Shown: positions 27,665-37,241 of the stretch, piece by piece | Position numbering within the stretch: position 1 is the stretch's first letter | How the letters are laid out: each line of letters begins with the position of its first letter | Source: Promethearchaeota archaeon | GTDB lineage: Archaea > Asgardarchaeota > Lokiarchaeia > Sigyniarchaeales > SOKP01 | Assembly (NCBI GenBank): GCA_018238625.1 | Contig: JABCSY010000033.1 | Coordinates: 1-38,919, forward strand | Direction of reading: 5' to 3' | DNA: 38,919 nt | Position numbers and translations under genes: made by a program | The notes under the pieces: generated by a model | What the model was told of the DNA's origin: nothing | What the model saw: the letters and a program-made list of their open reading frames with translations, nothing else | Databases searched by the model: none

Positions 27665-28159
27665 TGGACAATAGTAAAAATATATGCATTGGTTTAGAAT
27701 ACATCATTACAATTGAAACAACTAGCTTGTCGTTGCAAAATTGGTAATAGATTCTTAAGATCTGGATTTTTTTGGTACACCCAGAGTTAATGCTTATGCC
27801 TTGATTTCCATGCGGATTTATTTTATCACGTTCCTTTAGTGCGTTATACTAAAACACAGGAAAATTAATTTACACTAAGTATATCCCATTCCTAACAAAT
27901 TAGCACTGTGGAGCAATACTAAAGATATAGCAATCAGTTTAGAATTGATATTAGTTATGGTGCAAGTTGACACTTTTGCTTGATCTCTTGTCGAATTAGA
28001 TAATTTTTTTGATACGCGAGACATCCAAACATTAATATCTTTCAATAAAAGTTATGAATTTTTACAATAGGAGCTTTGATTTAAGATTCGATTCATTGGA
28101 GTAAAAGACGCATTTCCTTTGAAACAAGAATACTAGAATATCGGAGCTACTATTGTCCA
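27665..28159 (+). rRNA. Large structured RNA (~495 nt), candidate 5S rRNA with very large expansion segments
   Basis: Closing helix TGGACAATAGTA (27665-76)/TACTATTGTCCA (28148-59); helix II CTTTAGTG (27834-41)/TACTAAAG (27917-24); loop C CCCATTCCTAAC (27885-96) within CACTAA...TTAG-CACT-GTG-GAGC; loop E AGTA (28100-03)/GAAAC (28121-25); helix V AGCTTTGAT (28072-80)/ATCGGAGCT (28140-48); no ORF. Confidence 0.7.
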
Positions 28160-29031
28160 TCTTTTTTTTTTTCATTTAAGATCTTTAAATCAAGAGGAGA
28201 ATCAATATCATAAAAATTATATTCAGGATCAATAGAAAGGGCTAATAACATTTCTTCTTTCCTGATTATTAAATTAACAATTTCTCTAATTGTTTTAAAT
28301 CTATTACATTTTGCTAAATTTTTAATTTCTTGAACTTTCCTAAAACTGAAAATAAAAATGGGTATAACTTGATTGATCGTTTTTTTATTTGTAAAAGAGC
28401 TTAAAGTTCTCTGCTTGATCTCTCTGACAATTGATTTTGATCCGCTTTTATTTGTTTTTAAATACGATATTGTTTTAGATAAGTTAGGATCGTGTGTTTT
28501 AAATCTTTCTTTTAACGAGCTAATTTTTATCTTTCTGTAAAAAATGATTGAACAGTTATCAAGTAGGTTATAATTTTTTAACAAAAGGTTCAAAGATTCT
28601 TGCAAAAGATTTTGATCAAAAATAGTGTCTCCTGGAAAGATCATAAAAACCCTATTCTCTTTATAAATTTGGTTATTTCCTGTAATACTTAGAAAGGAAT
28701 GTAATGGGCCTAACTTATATTGAACTCCAGAACGATTTATTAATATTGTATTTTTTTTACATTTATTTTTTATTTGGTAAGAAATTACAAAATCTTCAAT
28801 TTGCTCACCTAAATGGCCTGTTACCACTACAATTGGTTCAATTTCTAAATTGATTAAATTAGAAATCAAATGCGAAAGAATGGTTTGGTTGTTTAAAGAT
28901 TTGATTTTAATCAGTGGCTTTGGAATATGTTTAGCAATATCTCTAACACGGGTGCCTTCACCAGCACATAATATAACACTTGTGATGTTTTTTTGGGGCT
29001 TATCTTTATGTTGTAACAATAGTATTTCCAT
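28150..29031 (-). CDS. Nucleotidyltransferase (NTP_transferase family, divergent)
   Basis: VILCAGEGTRV....PKPLI, VVTGH, FPGD, FYDIDS..DL; exact start uncertain. Confidence 0.85.
   Translation of the reverse strand: MEILLLQHKDKPQKNITSVILCAGEGTRVRDIAKHIPKPLIKIKSLNNQTILSHLISNLINLEIEPIVVVTGHLGEQIEDFVISYQIKNKCKKNTILINRSGVQYKLGPLHSFLSITGNNQIYKENRVFMIFPGDTIFDQNLLQESLNLLLKNYNLLDNCSIIFYRKIKISSLKERFKTHDPNLSKTISYLKTNKSGSKSIVREIKQRTLSSFTNKKTINQVIPIFIFSFRKVQEIKNLAKCNRFKTIREIVNLIIRKEEMLLALSIDPEYNFYDIDSPLDLKILNEKKKDGQ
28162..28172 (+). terminator. T11 archaeal terminator of the RNA gene
   Basis: 11 consecutive T, 2 nt after the closing helix. Confidence 0.65.
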
Positions 29032-29914
29032 CCATATCGATTATGATGGTGTGTTCTTGTTGAGCAACTGGTTTTTTAGTTTTTTCTATTAATATAGGGT
29101 AATGATCTAGAATTTTTTTGCGAACAAAAACATCAATTGTTCTTTGAATCTTATTTTTTGGGATGACATTATGCTTTTCGAGCAAACGGGGCGAAAAAGG
29201 TAGCTTTTTAGTTAATTTGTTTATTTTATCCATATAATTCTTCTCTATAAAGGGTAGACCCTTCATTGATTTTTTAAATCGATAAATATAGGATTTAGTG
29301 CCATTTTCTACTATACCTTTTCCAGAAGTAGCAAAAGGTTCGCACGCATAAGCATCTCCAGGTTTTAAAATTTGATTGTGGCTTATAGCCTTATAATTTG
29401 GAATAAAAGGACCTGCGTGTAAGTTGTATCTTTTCAATTCATGGCCTCCAAGATTATAAATTGGTTCTAATCCACGATTTTTAATTTTTTTGGCAATTAC
29501 ATCTCCTAATTCGTATAATTTTGTGCCAGGTTTAAAGATTTCAATTGCTGCTTCAAGGGCTTCTTGAGCGGCGTCTATAATGTTTTGGAGAGTTTCGTTG
29601 TTATTTATATTGAAGGTTATTGCTGAATCGGCAATATAACCGTCATAGTGGGAACCTATATCGATTTTCAATAATCCCTTATTAGGTACAATAGTACTAT
29701 CGTCGATCAATGGACTATAATGAGCAGCTATCTCATCTAGAGACATATTAATTGGAAAAGATAACTCACAACCCTGATTTAATATTTCTTCCTCACAGCT
29801 ATTAGCAATTTCTAAGAATGGAACTCCTGGTTTTATTAATTTTGCAGCAAGCTTTTTAGCAGCTTTAACAGCCTTACCAGCTTTAATGTAAGATTCTATC
29901 CAATCGTTTGGCAT
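29006..29914 (-). CDS. map: Type II methionine aminopeptidase
   Basis: FPINMS..AAHYSP, KIDIGSH.DGYIADSA, NLGGH, LHAG, EPFAT, AQQEHT. Confidence 0.97.
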   Translation of the reverse strand: MPNDWIESYIKAGKAVKAAKKLAAKLIKPGVPFLEIANSCEEEILNQGCELSFPINMSLDEIAAHYSPLIDDSTIVPNKGLLKIDIGSHYDGYIADSAITFNINNNETLQNIIDAAQEALEAAIEIFKPGTKLYELGDVIAKKIKNRGLEPIYNLGGHELKRYNLHAGPFIPNYKAISHNQILKPGDAYACEPFATSGKGIVENGTKSYIYRFKKSMKGLPFIEKNYMDKINKLTKKLPFSPRLLEKHNVIPKNKIQRTIDVFVRKKILDHYPILIEKTKKPVAQQEHTIIIDMDGNTIVTT

Positions 29915-29970
29915 AATTATAATATTAAAAAAATTAATTAAAATAATAAATTATCTCAAAAATATAAGAT

Positions 29971-31293
29971 TTATGGGGTAAGGCGATCTGGCGTTCGAGG
30001 ATACATTACGGCTTCCCGAATGTCATCAAGACCACATATAAAGGTTATCCAACGAGCTATTCCTAAACCAAAACCCGCATGAGGTGGCATTCCAAAACCA
30101 TACACGCTTACGTGTGATTCAAAAGATGCGGGATTTAATCCTTTGGCTTCAATAGCATCAATTAATTGTTGTTTATTGTGAACTCTTGTTCCTCCCGAAA
30201 CCAATTCAAGCCATCCCATTTGAAGGTCAAAAGATTCGCTATATTTTGGATTATTAGAAGGTAAAATGTAAAATGGTTTTATTTCCATTGGCCAATGAGT
30301 TATATAGTAATATCCCGTTAATTCTTCACCTAATTTACGATATGCTTCTGTAGAAATATCTTCGCCCCATTCAATAGTAATTCCAAATTTTTTATCAACT
30401 AATTCAATGATTTCATCGTATTTGTAGCGAGGAAAAGGTAAATTTGGAGCTAATGTTTTATCTTCCATGTTTAAAACTTTCAAAGCAGGCATTTTATTTT
30501 CTCGGACATCTTCTACAACATTATAAACCAATTCTTCTAAAGTTTTTTGAACGTCATTCATGTTTGCAAAAGACATCTCAACATCTAACGTGAAAATCTC
30601 ACATAAATGCCTTTTCGTGTGACTTTTCTCAGCCCTGAAGGCGGGACTAATTTCGAATACCCTTTCATATACACCACCTAACTGTTCTTTATATAATTGA
30701 GCTGATTGTATTAAAAACGCCTCTTTATCGAAATACATAATAGGAAATAACTCAGTACCACCTTCAGTCGCGGAGCCTATTATTTTAGGCGTAGTTATTT
30801 CTGTAAAATCTTGTTTAAGTAGAAAGTTCCTAATTGAGATTAACACCTGCCCACGGATTTCAAAAATTGCTTGATTTCTTAAGGATCTCAAATCTAACGC
30901 TCTATTATTAAGTCTAAGATCAAGTTCTGAAATTGTTTCTCCTGTCATATCAATTGGAAGTTTATCGGGAGTCCTATTTAAGATTTTAATTTCAGTTGGA
31001 ATAATTTCAATCCCACCTGGTGCCTTTTCAAATTTTTTCACTTTACCTTTAATCATAAGACAATATTGATAACTAACTTTTGTTTTTTCAAATACCTCAT
31101 CAGAAACGATACCTTTTTTTAAAGTAATTTGTCGTTCGCCATATTTATCTTGTAAGTTTATAAATTTCAAACCTCCAAGATCTCGATAATTTCGCACCCA
31201 ACCCGCTAAGATTATTTCCTGACCGTCTAATTCAGGTGTAACATCCCTTGTATAGTGAGTTTTCCTCCAACCATTCATCTCATCAATAGACAT
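29971..31293 (-). CDS. aspS: Aspartate--tRNA ligase (archaeal type)
   Basis: GWV...RDLGG, RL.NR.LDLR, TEGGTELF, QSAQLYK, FRAEKS, ELVSGG.R, GMPPHAGFGLG, PRTPDRLTP. Confidence 0.96.
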   Translation of the reverse strand: MSIDEMNGWRKTHYTRDVTPELDGQEIILAGWVRNYRDLGGLKFINLQDKYGERQITLKKGIVSDEVFEKTKVSYQYCLMIKGKVKKFEKAPGGIEIIPTEIKILNRTPDKLPIDMTGETISELDLRLNNRALDLRSLRNQAIFEIRGQVLISIRNFLLKQDFTEITTPKIIGSATEGGTELFPIMYFDKEAFLIQSAQLYKEQLGGVYERVFEISPAFRAEKSHTKRHLCEIFTLDVEMSFANMNDVQKTLEELVYNVVEDVRENKMPALKVLNMEDKTLAPNLPFPRYKYDEIIELVDKKFGITIEWGEDISTEAYRKLGEELTGYYYITHWPMEIKPFYILPSNNPKYSESFDLQMGWLELVSGGTRVHNKQQLIDAIEAKGLNPASFESHVSVYGFGMPPHAGFGLGIARWITFICGLDDIREAVMYPRTPDRLTP

Positions 31294-31380
31294 ATTAACC
31301 TTTAAATCTCATATTTTACTTAAATTAAATTTGAAAAGGAAATTAACAATAAATTTTTTGTTATCTTATAATTAATAAAA

Positions 31381-32886
31381 ATGCCAAATCTATATTGGAA
31401 AAATAAAGATAAATTTGAAAAGTCTAAAACACATGAAACTCAAATGTCTTATCCTTTTCAAGTATTGGAATCAATAAAAAACCCCACAATCAATAAATTC
31501 ATATCCGACATTGAATTAATTCAAGAAAATACTGCAAGTAACCAAATACCCCAATTTAAAGTCAATGAATGGGATAATCTCTTAATTTGGGGTGATAATA
31601 GTGATGTAATAAATTCGCTGATAAAAGAATTTTCAAACAAGATCAAAATAATATACATCGATCCTCCTTTCGCAACTGGAAGTAATTTCAAATTCAAAAC
31701 GCTAATAGGTGAAAACGACGCTTTTGAGATTAACAAGGCTTACTCAGACATATGGAAGGGAGGAATAGATGAATATATCGATTTTCTGTACGAAAGATTG
31801 GTAATAATGAAAGAGTTACTTGCTGAAGATGGAAGCATTTACGTGCATTTAGATTGGCACGTTTCTCATTATATAAAATTAGTAATGGACGAAATCTTTG
31901 GTAAAGAAAATTTTAGAAACGAGGTCATTTGGGCGTATCCTGCGGCATCTATGAGAACAAGAAGGTTTTTTATCCGATCGTTTGACTCTATACTATTTTA
32001 TACTAAATCAAGTGAATATACTTTCAACGACGATCCAGGAATCTACATGGAATATTCTGATCGAGTTAAATTTGCATTAAAAGAAGACGATAAAGGCATG
32101 TTTTATTATCGAGGTGGAAGTCACAATGGAAAAAAACTCTCGCAAAAAGTTTATGTTACTAATAAAGGTATCTTTCCTCGTGATGTTTGGACAGATATTC
32201 CATATATTAGATCAAATACTTTAGAATACCAAGGATTTTCTACTCAAAAACCAGAAAGATTATTAAGAAGAATTATTCTCGCATCTTCTAACGAAACAGA
32301 CATAGTTGCGGACTTTTTTTGTGGTTCGGGCACAACATTAGCAGTAGCAGAAAAACTTGGAAGACGATGGATTGGTTCAGATATGGCAAAACACGCGATA
32401 AACATAAGCCGTAAGAGAATCCTTGACATTTATAATAGTAACGATATTATTAATTGGGAAAAAAAATATAAAAAAAATCCTAATCCGTTTCAAATTTTAA
32501 GTGTAAACAAAAGCATTCAAAAGGGAAAAAGAAAAACTCAATTTCAAGACATAAAATTTGAAATTAAGATTCTAAAAGACAATAAGAATGTATCAATTGA
32601 ATTAATAGACTATTTTGTTCCAAATTTAGATTTAATTGAGAAAAAACTCAAAAGAAAGATACAGTCTTTTTCTGATTGGATAGATAGTTGGACTATTGAT
32701 TTTATTAGTCAAAATAGTTATTTTAACGTGATGTGGATTTCATACAGAACACCGAAAAACCGTAAATTAGATTTAACCTCAAATAAATATTATTATGAAA
32801 AACCAGATAAATATCTAATATCAGTAAAGGTGATTGACATTCTTGGAAATGAAACCACTCAAAATTATGAAATAATGATTGATTAG
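31381..32886 (+). CDS. Orphan N6A/N4C DNA methyltransferase (beta class, Mod-like)
   Basis: IYIDPPF (motif IV) precedes TQKPE.LL and DFFCGSGTT (motif I); C-term VKVIDILGNET; no restriction gene adjacent. Confidence 0.93.
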   Translation: MPNLYWKNKDKFEKSKTHETQMSYPFQVLESIKNPTINKFISDIELIQENTASNQIPQFKVNEWDNLLIWGDNSDVINSLIKEFSNKIKIIYIDPPFATGSNFKFKTLIGENDAFEINKAYSDIWKGGIDEYIDFLYERLVIMKELLAEDGSIYVHLDWHVSHYIKLVMDEIFGKENFRNEVIWAYPAASMRTRRFFIRSFDSILFYTKSSEYTFNDDPGIYMEYSDRVKFALKEDDKGMFYYRGGSHNGKKLSQKVYVTNKGIFPRDVWTDIPYIRSNTLEYQGFSTQKPERLLRRIILASSNETDIVADFFCGSGTTLAVAEKLGRRWIGSDMAKHAINISRKRILDIYNSNDIINWEKKYKKNPNPFQILSVNKSIQKGKRKTQFQDIKFEIKILKDNKNVSIELIDYFVPNLDLIEKKLKRKIQSFSDWIDSWTIDFISQNSYFNVMWISYRTPKNRKLDLTSNKYYYEKPDKYLISVKVIDILGNETTQNYEIMID

Positions 32887-32890
32887 CTCT

Positions 32891-34276
32891 TTATTTTATT
32901 ATTTCGCGTAATAATAGTGTTGCGTAAGAGCCTTTCTGGAGAGAAAATTCGATTTTTAATTTATTCTTATTTTGGAAGATGTCGTCTTCAGTAAATTCTA
33001 ATATTTTTAAACCAATCGGTTTAACGATTATAGGCCTAAAAGAGCCTTTAAATTCATAAGTATAGAGTAATTCATTCTTAAATATTTCTGCAGAAATTTG
33101 CTCCTTATCGAGAATTTCTAAAAGTAAAGATTTCATTAAAGGGAAATCGTCTAAGTTTGTATCATACCCTATTAGAGGCATTACTATTCTTGCCCGATTT
33201 AAATTATTTGCTTCTCGCAAAAATTCATCGTACAACCCACCGTATGTATATTTTATTTTAGTAATATTTCCATTGTCATCATCTAAGATACTAAAAACAT
33301 CGCCTTTAATTGGTTTATATATAGAAATTTCATTTTTATGTCTTAACGATAGCATTTTATTAAACAGATAAGACTGAAAAGAACTAATTAATAATTTAAT
33401 AAGGTAATTAGGCAAATGATTAATTGCTCCCTCATAATCTCTTGAATTATTCATTAAGTATTTAATCATAACCCTTTCATAATTTAAACCCTCAGGGAAT
33501 GAAGTGTAAGCTTTTTCAAGGTCACCAGTTTTTTTTAATTCCTCACGTAATAGTTGAGATTCAGGAAGTTCTGTTGAATAAGTTGCTAAGACAAACTCGT
33601 CATACGCCTTTTTATATTCGCCTTCTAATATAAATCGCCCTATTAGGTGTGAATTAGGCCTAAAAGTACCAAATCTTTGAAGCCCGTAGTAATTAGGAAA
33701 ACCACGAGTGTGCAACTCGTTTATTAACTCCTTAATTCTTTTTTCTTCATTTACTTTTTTATCGATATTTCTAAGAGTAATTATAAAATGATTACCCCTA
33801 TTACTTCCCAATTTAACGGATTTCCTTGCAGGCGCTATACCTCTAAAAAAGATATCTTTTAATTTCAATTTTTTTAGTTTTTCGACTTGATCTCCTTTAA
33901 TTGAGGCTTTTTGAACGCTAATAGAACGCTTATCTTTTAACCCCGCAACTTCTATTAAATTAGGATGTACTTTTAATGCTCTACTAATCATCCTTATCGC
34001 TCCAAACGTATCTTTGTTGATTTTCACTAAATTAAATGTCGTATACCTATCTTTTGAATTTTCAGAGAAATTGATAGTGGTGTCATTCCCTCTGATCTCG
34101 AGAACTTGCCCTGTACTGGTTATCTCTTTAACAATAAAGTCTTTATACCTTTTTTTATAAATAGCACTAATACCACTAAAATCTGAGGTGGAATAAACTT
34201 CAATTCCTACGACTTTTTCTAGTTCTCTATCGTTTTTATTTTGAAAAATATGGGTATTATTGTTACTCCTTTCCAA
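32891..34276 (-). CDS. truD: tRNA pseudouridine(13) synthase TruD/Pus7
   Basis: DFIVKEI, AGLKDKRSISVQ, GNHFIITLR, FPNYYGLQRFG, FSLQKGSYAT.LLRE. Confidence 0.96.
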   Translation of the reverse strand: MERSNNNTHIFQNKNDRELEKVVGIEVYSTSDFSGISAIYKKRYKDFIVKEITSTGQVLEIRGNDTTINFSENSKDRYTTFNLVKINKDTFGAIRMISRALKVHPNLIEVAGLKDKRSISVQKASIKGDQVEKLKKLKLKDIFFRGIAPARKSVKLGSNRGNHFIITLRNIDKKVNEEKRIKELINELHTRGFPNYYGLQRFGTFRPNSHLIGRFILEGEYKKAYDEFVLATYSTELPESQLLREELKKTGDLEKAYTSFPEGLNYERVMIKYLMNNSRDYEGAINHLPNYLIKLLISSFQSYLFNKMLSLRHKNEISIYKPIKGDVFSILDDDNGNITKIKYTYGGLYDEFLREANNLNRARIVMPLIGYDTNLDDFPLMKSLLLEILDKEQISAEIFKNELLYTYEFKGSFRPIIVKPIGLKILEFTEDDIFQNKNKLKIEFSLQKGSYATLLLREIIK

Positions 34277-34300
34277 TTTATTTAGCCTGAAAGCGTTAAA

Positions 34301-34657
34301 TTATAATAACTTTAAATCTCCAGTTATTTTATCTATAGATTTTGATAGGGTAGGTCCGATACCAAGAGCTGTAGTGGTTCCAGGAGTTAGTTGCGTTAAT
34401 CCTGCGTCCTTAACTAAAAAGTACATAATGTTATTTTTTTCTAATTGAATAACTATATCTCCCAAATCCTCCATGCCACTCACCTTCAGAACTACTTTCT
34501 TTTGACCTGTATTCTTCCAATTTTTCCAAACTGCTTTATTTTTCGTTCTAACTAAATCTGAAGCCGATAATGAAGCGTGACACGATTGAGCGCACTTTTT
34601 ACCAGTACCCATTTTTAAATCTGTCCTAATTAAGATAACTTGTTTATATTCATCCAC
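34301..34657 (-). CDS. pth2: Peptidyl-tRNA hydrolase Pth2
   Basis: [51 protein letters not shown]. Confidence 0.97.
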   Translation of the reverse strand: MDEYKQVILIRTDLKMGTGKKCAQSCHASLSASDLVRTKNKAVWKNWKNTGQKKVVLKVSGMEDLGDIVIQLEKNNIMYFLVKDAGLTQLTPGTTTALGIGPTLSKSIDKITGDLKLL

Positions 34658-34709
34658 AGTATTTTAAACCTATTGAGTATTAAGAAATTAAAAAATAAAA
34701 TCGTTAGAA

Positions 34710-35249
34710 TTATATAAATTCAATGCGAATTACATTACCAGTAAGTTCCAAAACTAACTCTTCAAGCTCTTCTTGGGTAAATAATATTTCATCTTGATCG
34801 TTTTTGCTAAGAATACCTTTAAATTCAATATCACCAGTAGCCAAAAAAATCTCGTTTAATGACGCTAATTTATAAGGAGAAATTAAACTCTCTAAAGCAG
34901 ATCTTGGTTTTTTAGTTTGCTCAATTACGATTATTTCGTCTATTTCGTAAGTTTCTTTTATCCAATCAATCAAATTTTGTTTGAGTTTGATCTTATCTGT
35001 TCTACCAACCACTAAGATAACAACATCCTCAAAATCAATAGCTTTATAGAAAGAAATATCGCTTAAAAACCCAAAATTTTCGCTTTCTTCCAATATAAGT
35101 AAATCCTTCGCTATATCTAACTCAAACTGAGTAAGTGATCCCGCATCTAGTTTGTCTTGACAACTAGTGCAATAAAATCCGGAAGTTACACATGTTTTAC
35201 ACGCTGGTAATACCTTAACCTTTATCAACTCTATAAATTGACATATCAT
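34710..35249 (-). CDS. Archaeal NusA-like/KH protein with N-terminal Zn site
   Basis: LPACKTC..SGFYCTSCQDKL pattern; start may be a few codons downstream. Confidence 0.65.
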   Translation of the reverse strand: MICQFIELIKVKVLPACKTCVTSGFYCTSCQDKLDAGSLTQFELDIAKDLLILEESENFGFLSDISFYKAIDFEDVVILVVGRTDKIKLKQNLIDWIKETYEIDEIIVIEQTKKPRSALESLISPYKLASLNEIFLATGDIEFKGILSKNDQDEILFTQEELEELVLELTGNVIRIEFI

Positions 35250-35253
35250 CTAT

Positions 35254-35448
35254 TTATAGCTCGATGATATCACAACCAATGCTATTTACAAGCCTATCAG
35301 CCGTTGTAGGATCTGTTTTATAAGTAAAAAGGTGTCGTTTTGTCCTAAGCTTTAACTTCACCACATCTTTCGATCTTTTAACCCTACAGTGAACAGCTCG
35401 CTCTGATAACTCTAAAAACATCGCTTCGTCAAATATCTCTTTTGGCAA
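35254..35448 (-). CDS. rpl38e: Ribosomal protein eL38
   Basis: MPKEI....FLE....A..CRVKR..DVVKLKLRTKRHLFT. Confidence 0.88.
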   Translation of the reverse strand: MPKEIFDEAMFLELSERAVHCRVKRSKDVVKLKLRTKRHLFTYKTDPTTADRLVNSIGCDIIEL

Positions 35449-35907
35449 CTTAATTCATCTAGCTTTGAAATTTATAATATTTTATTATAATGTGAATTAT
35501 TAATTATAAAATTTTAATTTTTTCATTATATCAATACAAAAGAAAAATTTAGCGGACAAATCTAACTTTTTTTACTTATAATAAATATATAATCTTAAAT
35601 TTTTAACTTGTTATTAGCCAATTTCTTCATTAAAATCTTCAAACTGTATTAATCTCTACTATTCCTTTATCAAACAATTGTTACATAATTTGACTCTCCA
35701 AAGTTTTATACATCGAGTTTATAAATCCATTTTATTAGTCATATTACACACTTTTTGGATAGAAAACTAATTTAGGCGTTACAATATTTTTTAACCAGTC
35801 TATAATCCTTTGCATTCGTTCTTGAGATTTATAGGTAGATTTCATAAACGCTTCTTTATATATTCTATTTTCATATAATTATGTATCGAAATATCAATTA
35901 GATAAAA

Positions 35908-36660
35908 TTGTCGTTAAATTTGAATTTTAGAAAAAAAAGTTTCATTTTAACTGGAGGAGTATTGTTAATTATTCTCGCCGCTCTATTTCCCTTAACCATA
36001 TCTTACGTTAATTCTATAAATAATGAAATGTATTTTTCTTATTTAAAGGATATAAAAAACTTTTCCGAAGATATAAGTAATTATACCGTGGGAGTAGAGG
36101 GTTCGTTATATATCTGTATAGGCGGTCACCTAGAAGGTGATCCACTTGAAGTAGTGGAATATCAATACGATTATAATTTAAATCTCACTCCATTTTCAAG
36201 CGAGGGAATTAATATTACAGGAATTTTATTTTATACTTATGAATGTTTACTTAATGGGGTTTCTAATTGTAATTATTCCAGCACATTAGACCGCGTTTCT
36301 CTTATCGAAGAATATGGAAAAATTATTGTTTTAAGTCTAGGTACAAGATTGACGGTACGGGGATCAATAGAAATCGAATACACAAGCAACGCGACTCTTT
36401 TTACAGAAGTAATTGATTTTAGCCTGAATATCGTGCCTCCAGAGGCTAGGCCCGAATACAATCAAACATTATCTTTGGCATTATCACTATCTTATTGGCA
36501 TTTTGCATCACTTATTATTGTTTTAGTTTTGCTTGTATCATTACCAGTCATTATCCAACGTATAAAAAAGCAACCTCCGATGACCAGTGAAGAAAAAGGA
36601 TTTTGGCGAAAAGTAAGAGAGAGGAATAAATTGCTAAGAAAGAAAAATTGGGAAGAATAA
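35908..36660 (+). CDS. Exported protein with N- and C-terminal TM anchors
   Basis: N-terminal hydrophobic helix, beta-rich N-x-S/T-containing middle, C-terminal TM and basic tail. Confidence 0.7.
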   Translation: MSLNLNFRKKSFILTGGVLLIILAALFPLTISYVNSINNEMYFSYLKDIKNFSEDISNYTVGVEGSLYICIGGHLEGDPLEVVEYQYDYNLNLTPFSSEGINITGILFYTYECLLNGVSNCNYSSTLDRVSLIEEYGKIIVLSLGTRLTVRGSIEIEYTSNATLFTEVIDFSLNIVPPEARPEYNQTLSLALSLSYWHFASLIIVLVLLVSLPVIIQRIKKQPPMTSEEKGFWRKVRERNKLLRKKNWEE

Positions 36661-36884
36661 TCTATTTAAAAGAAAAACTCTGGTTGAGTAAATAATTCAG
36701 TGATAATTTTAAAAATAACGAAAATTATCAATAAAATAAAAAAATTTTTTAGCTTTAGAATGTTTTCCAAATTGTTCTTTTATCGATACGTGATTAATCT
36801 ATAAAAGATAAAGTTTTGAATAGTAACGCAATAAAGTAATTAGTAAATTAACTAAAACGAGTAAAAATTCGAGGAGATTAAAGT

Positions 36885-37046
36885 TTGCCGATTGATGACC
36901 TATATAAAAGAAAGATTGCCAGACATCATTTATTAATGAAATCCGTGTGCCGTAAATGCGGGGCTTTGAATCCTGTCAGAGCAAAAAAGTGTCGTAGATG
37001 CAGATCTAAAGATTTACGCCCAAAGAAAAGAGAGTTAACTAAATAA
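36885..37046 (+). CDS. rpl40e: Ribosomal protein eL40 (not ubiquitin-fused)
   Basis: Not in ORF track: MPIDDLYKRKIARHHLLMKSVCRKCGALNPVRAKKCRRCRSKDLRPKKRELTK; TTG start, GAGGAG SD at 36871. Confidence 0.96.
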   Translation: MPIDDLYKRKIARHHLLMKSVCRKCGALNPVRAKKCRRCRSKDLRPKKRELTK

Positions 37047-37241
37047 TTCTCTAATAACAATAAAATTTTCGATCTATTTATGCAATTTTGCTAATGAAAA
37101 TATTATTGTTTTTTGTCTTAGCCTAGAAAAAATATTATTTTATCATATTTTCGTAAACTTTTTTAATTTTATGACTTAGAGATCATTATATATAAATAAA
37201 TAAAATATTACTAAAAAAAATCAATATAGTGTGAATTAAAT

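Noticed and set aside
27665-28159. MITE interpretation of the 12-bp terminal inverted repeat
   Set aside because: No target-site duplication in the flanks; TATA box, poly-T and internal G-U helices favour an RNA gene
27665-28159. RNase P RNA, SRP RNA, tmRNA or group II intron
   Set aside because: No GAGGAAAGUCC-type CR-I near the 5' end, no SRP helix-8 motif, no T-arm next to the 3' stem, no domain V; 5S motifs fit better
1557-36461. Other 60-90 aa ORFs overlapping well-supported genes on the opposite strand (e.g. 1557, 2803, 3058, 3785, 4700, 7318, 8793, 11175, 13427, 13776, 14331, 24629, 28850, 31521, 32244, 34260, 36273)
   Set aside because: Antisense shadows with no recognisable motifs
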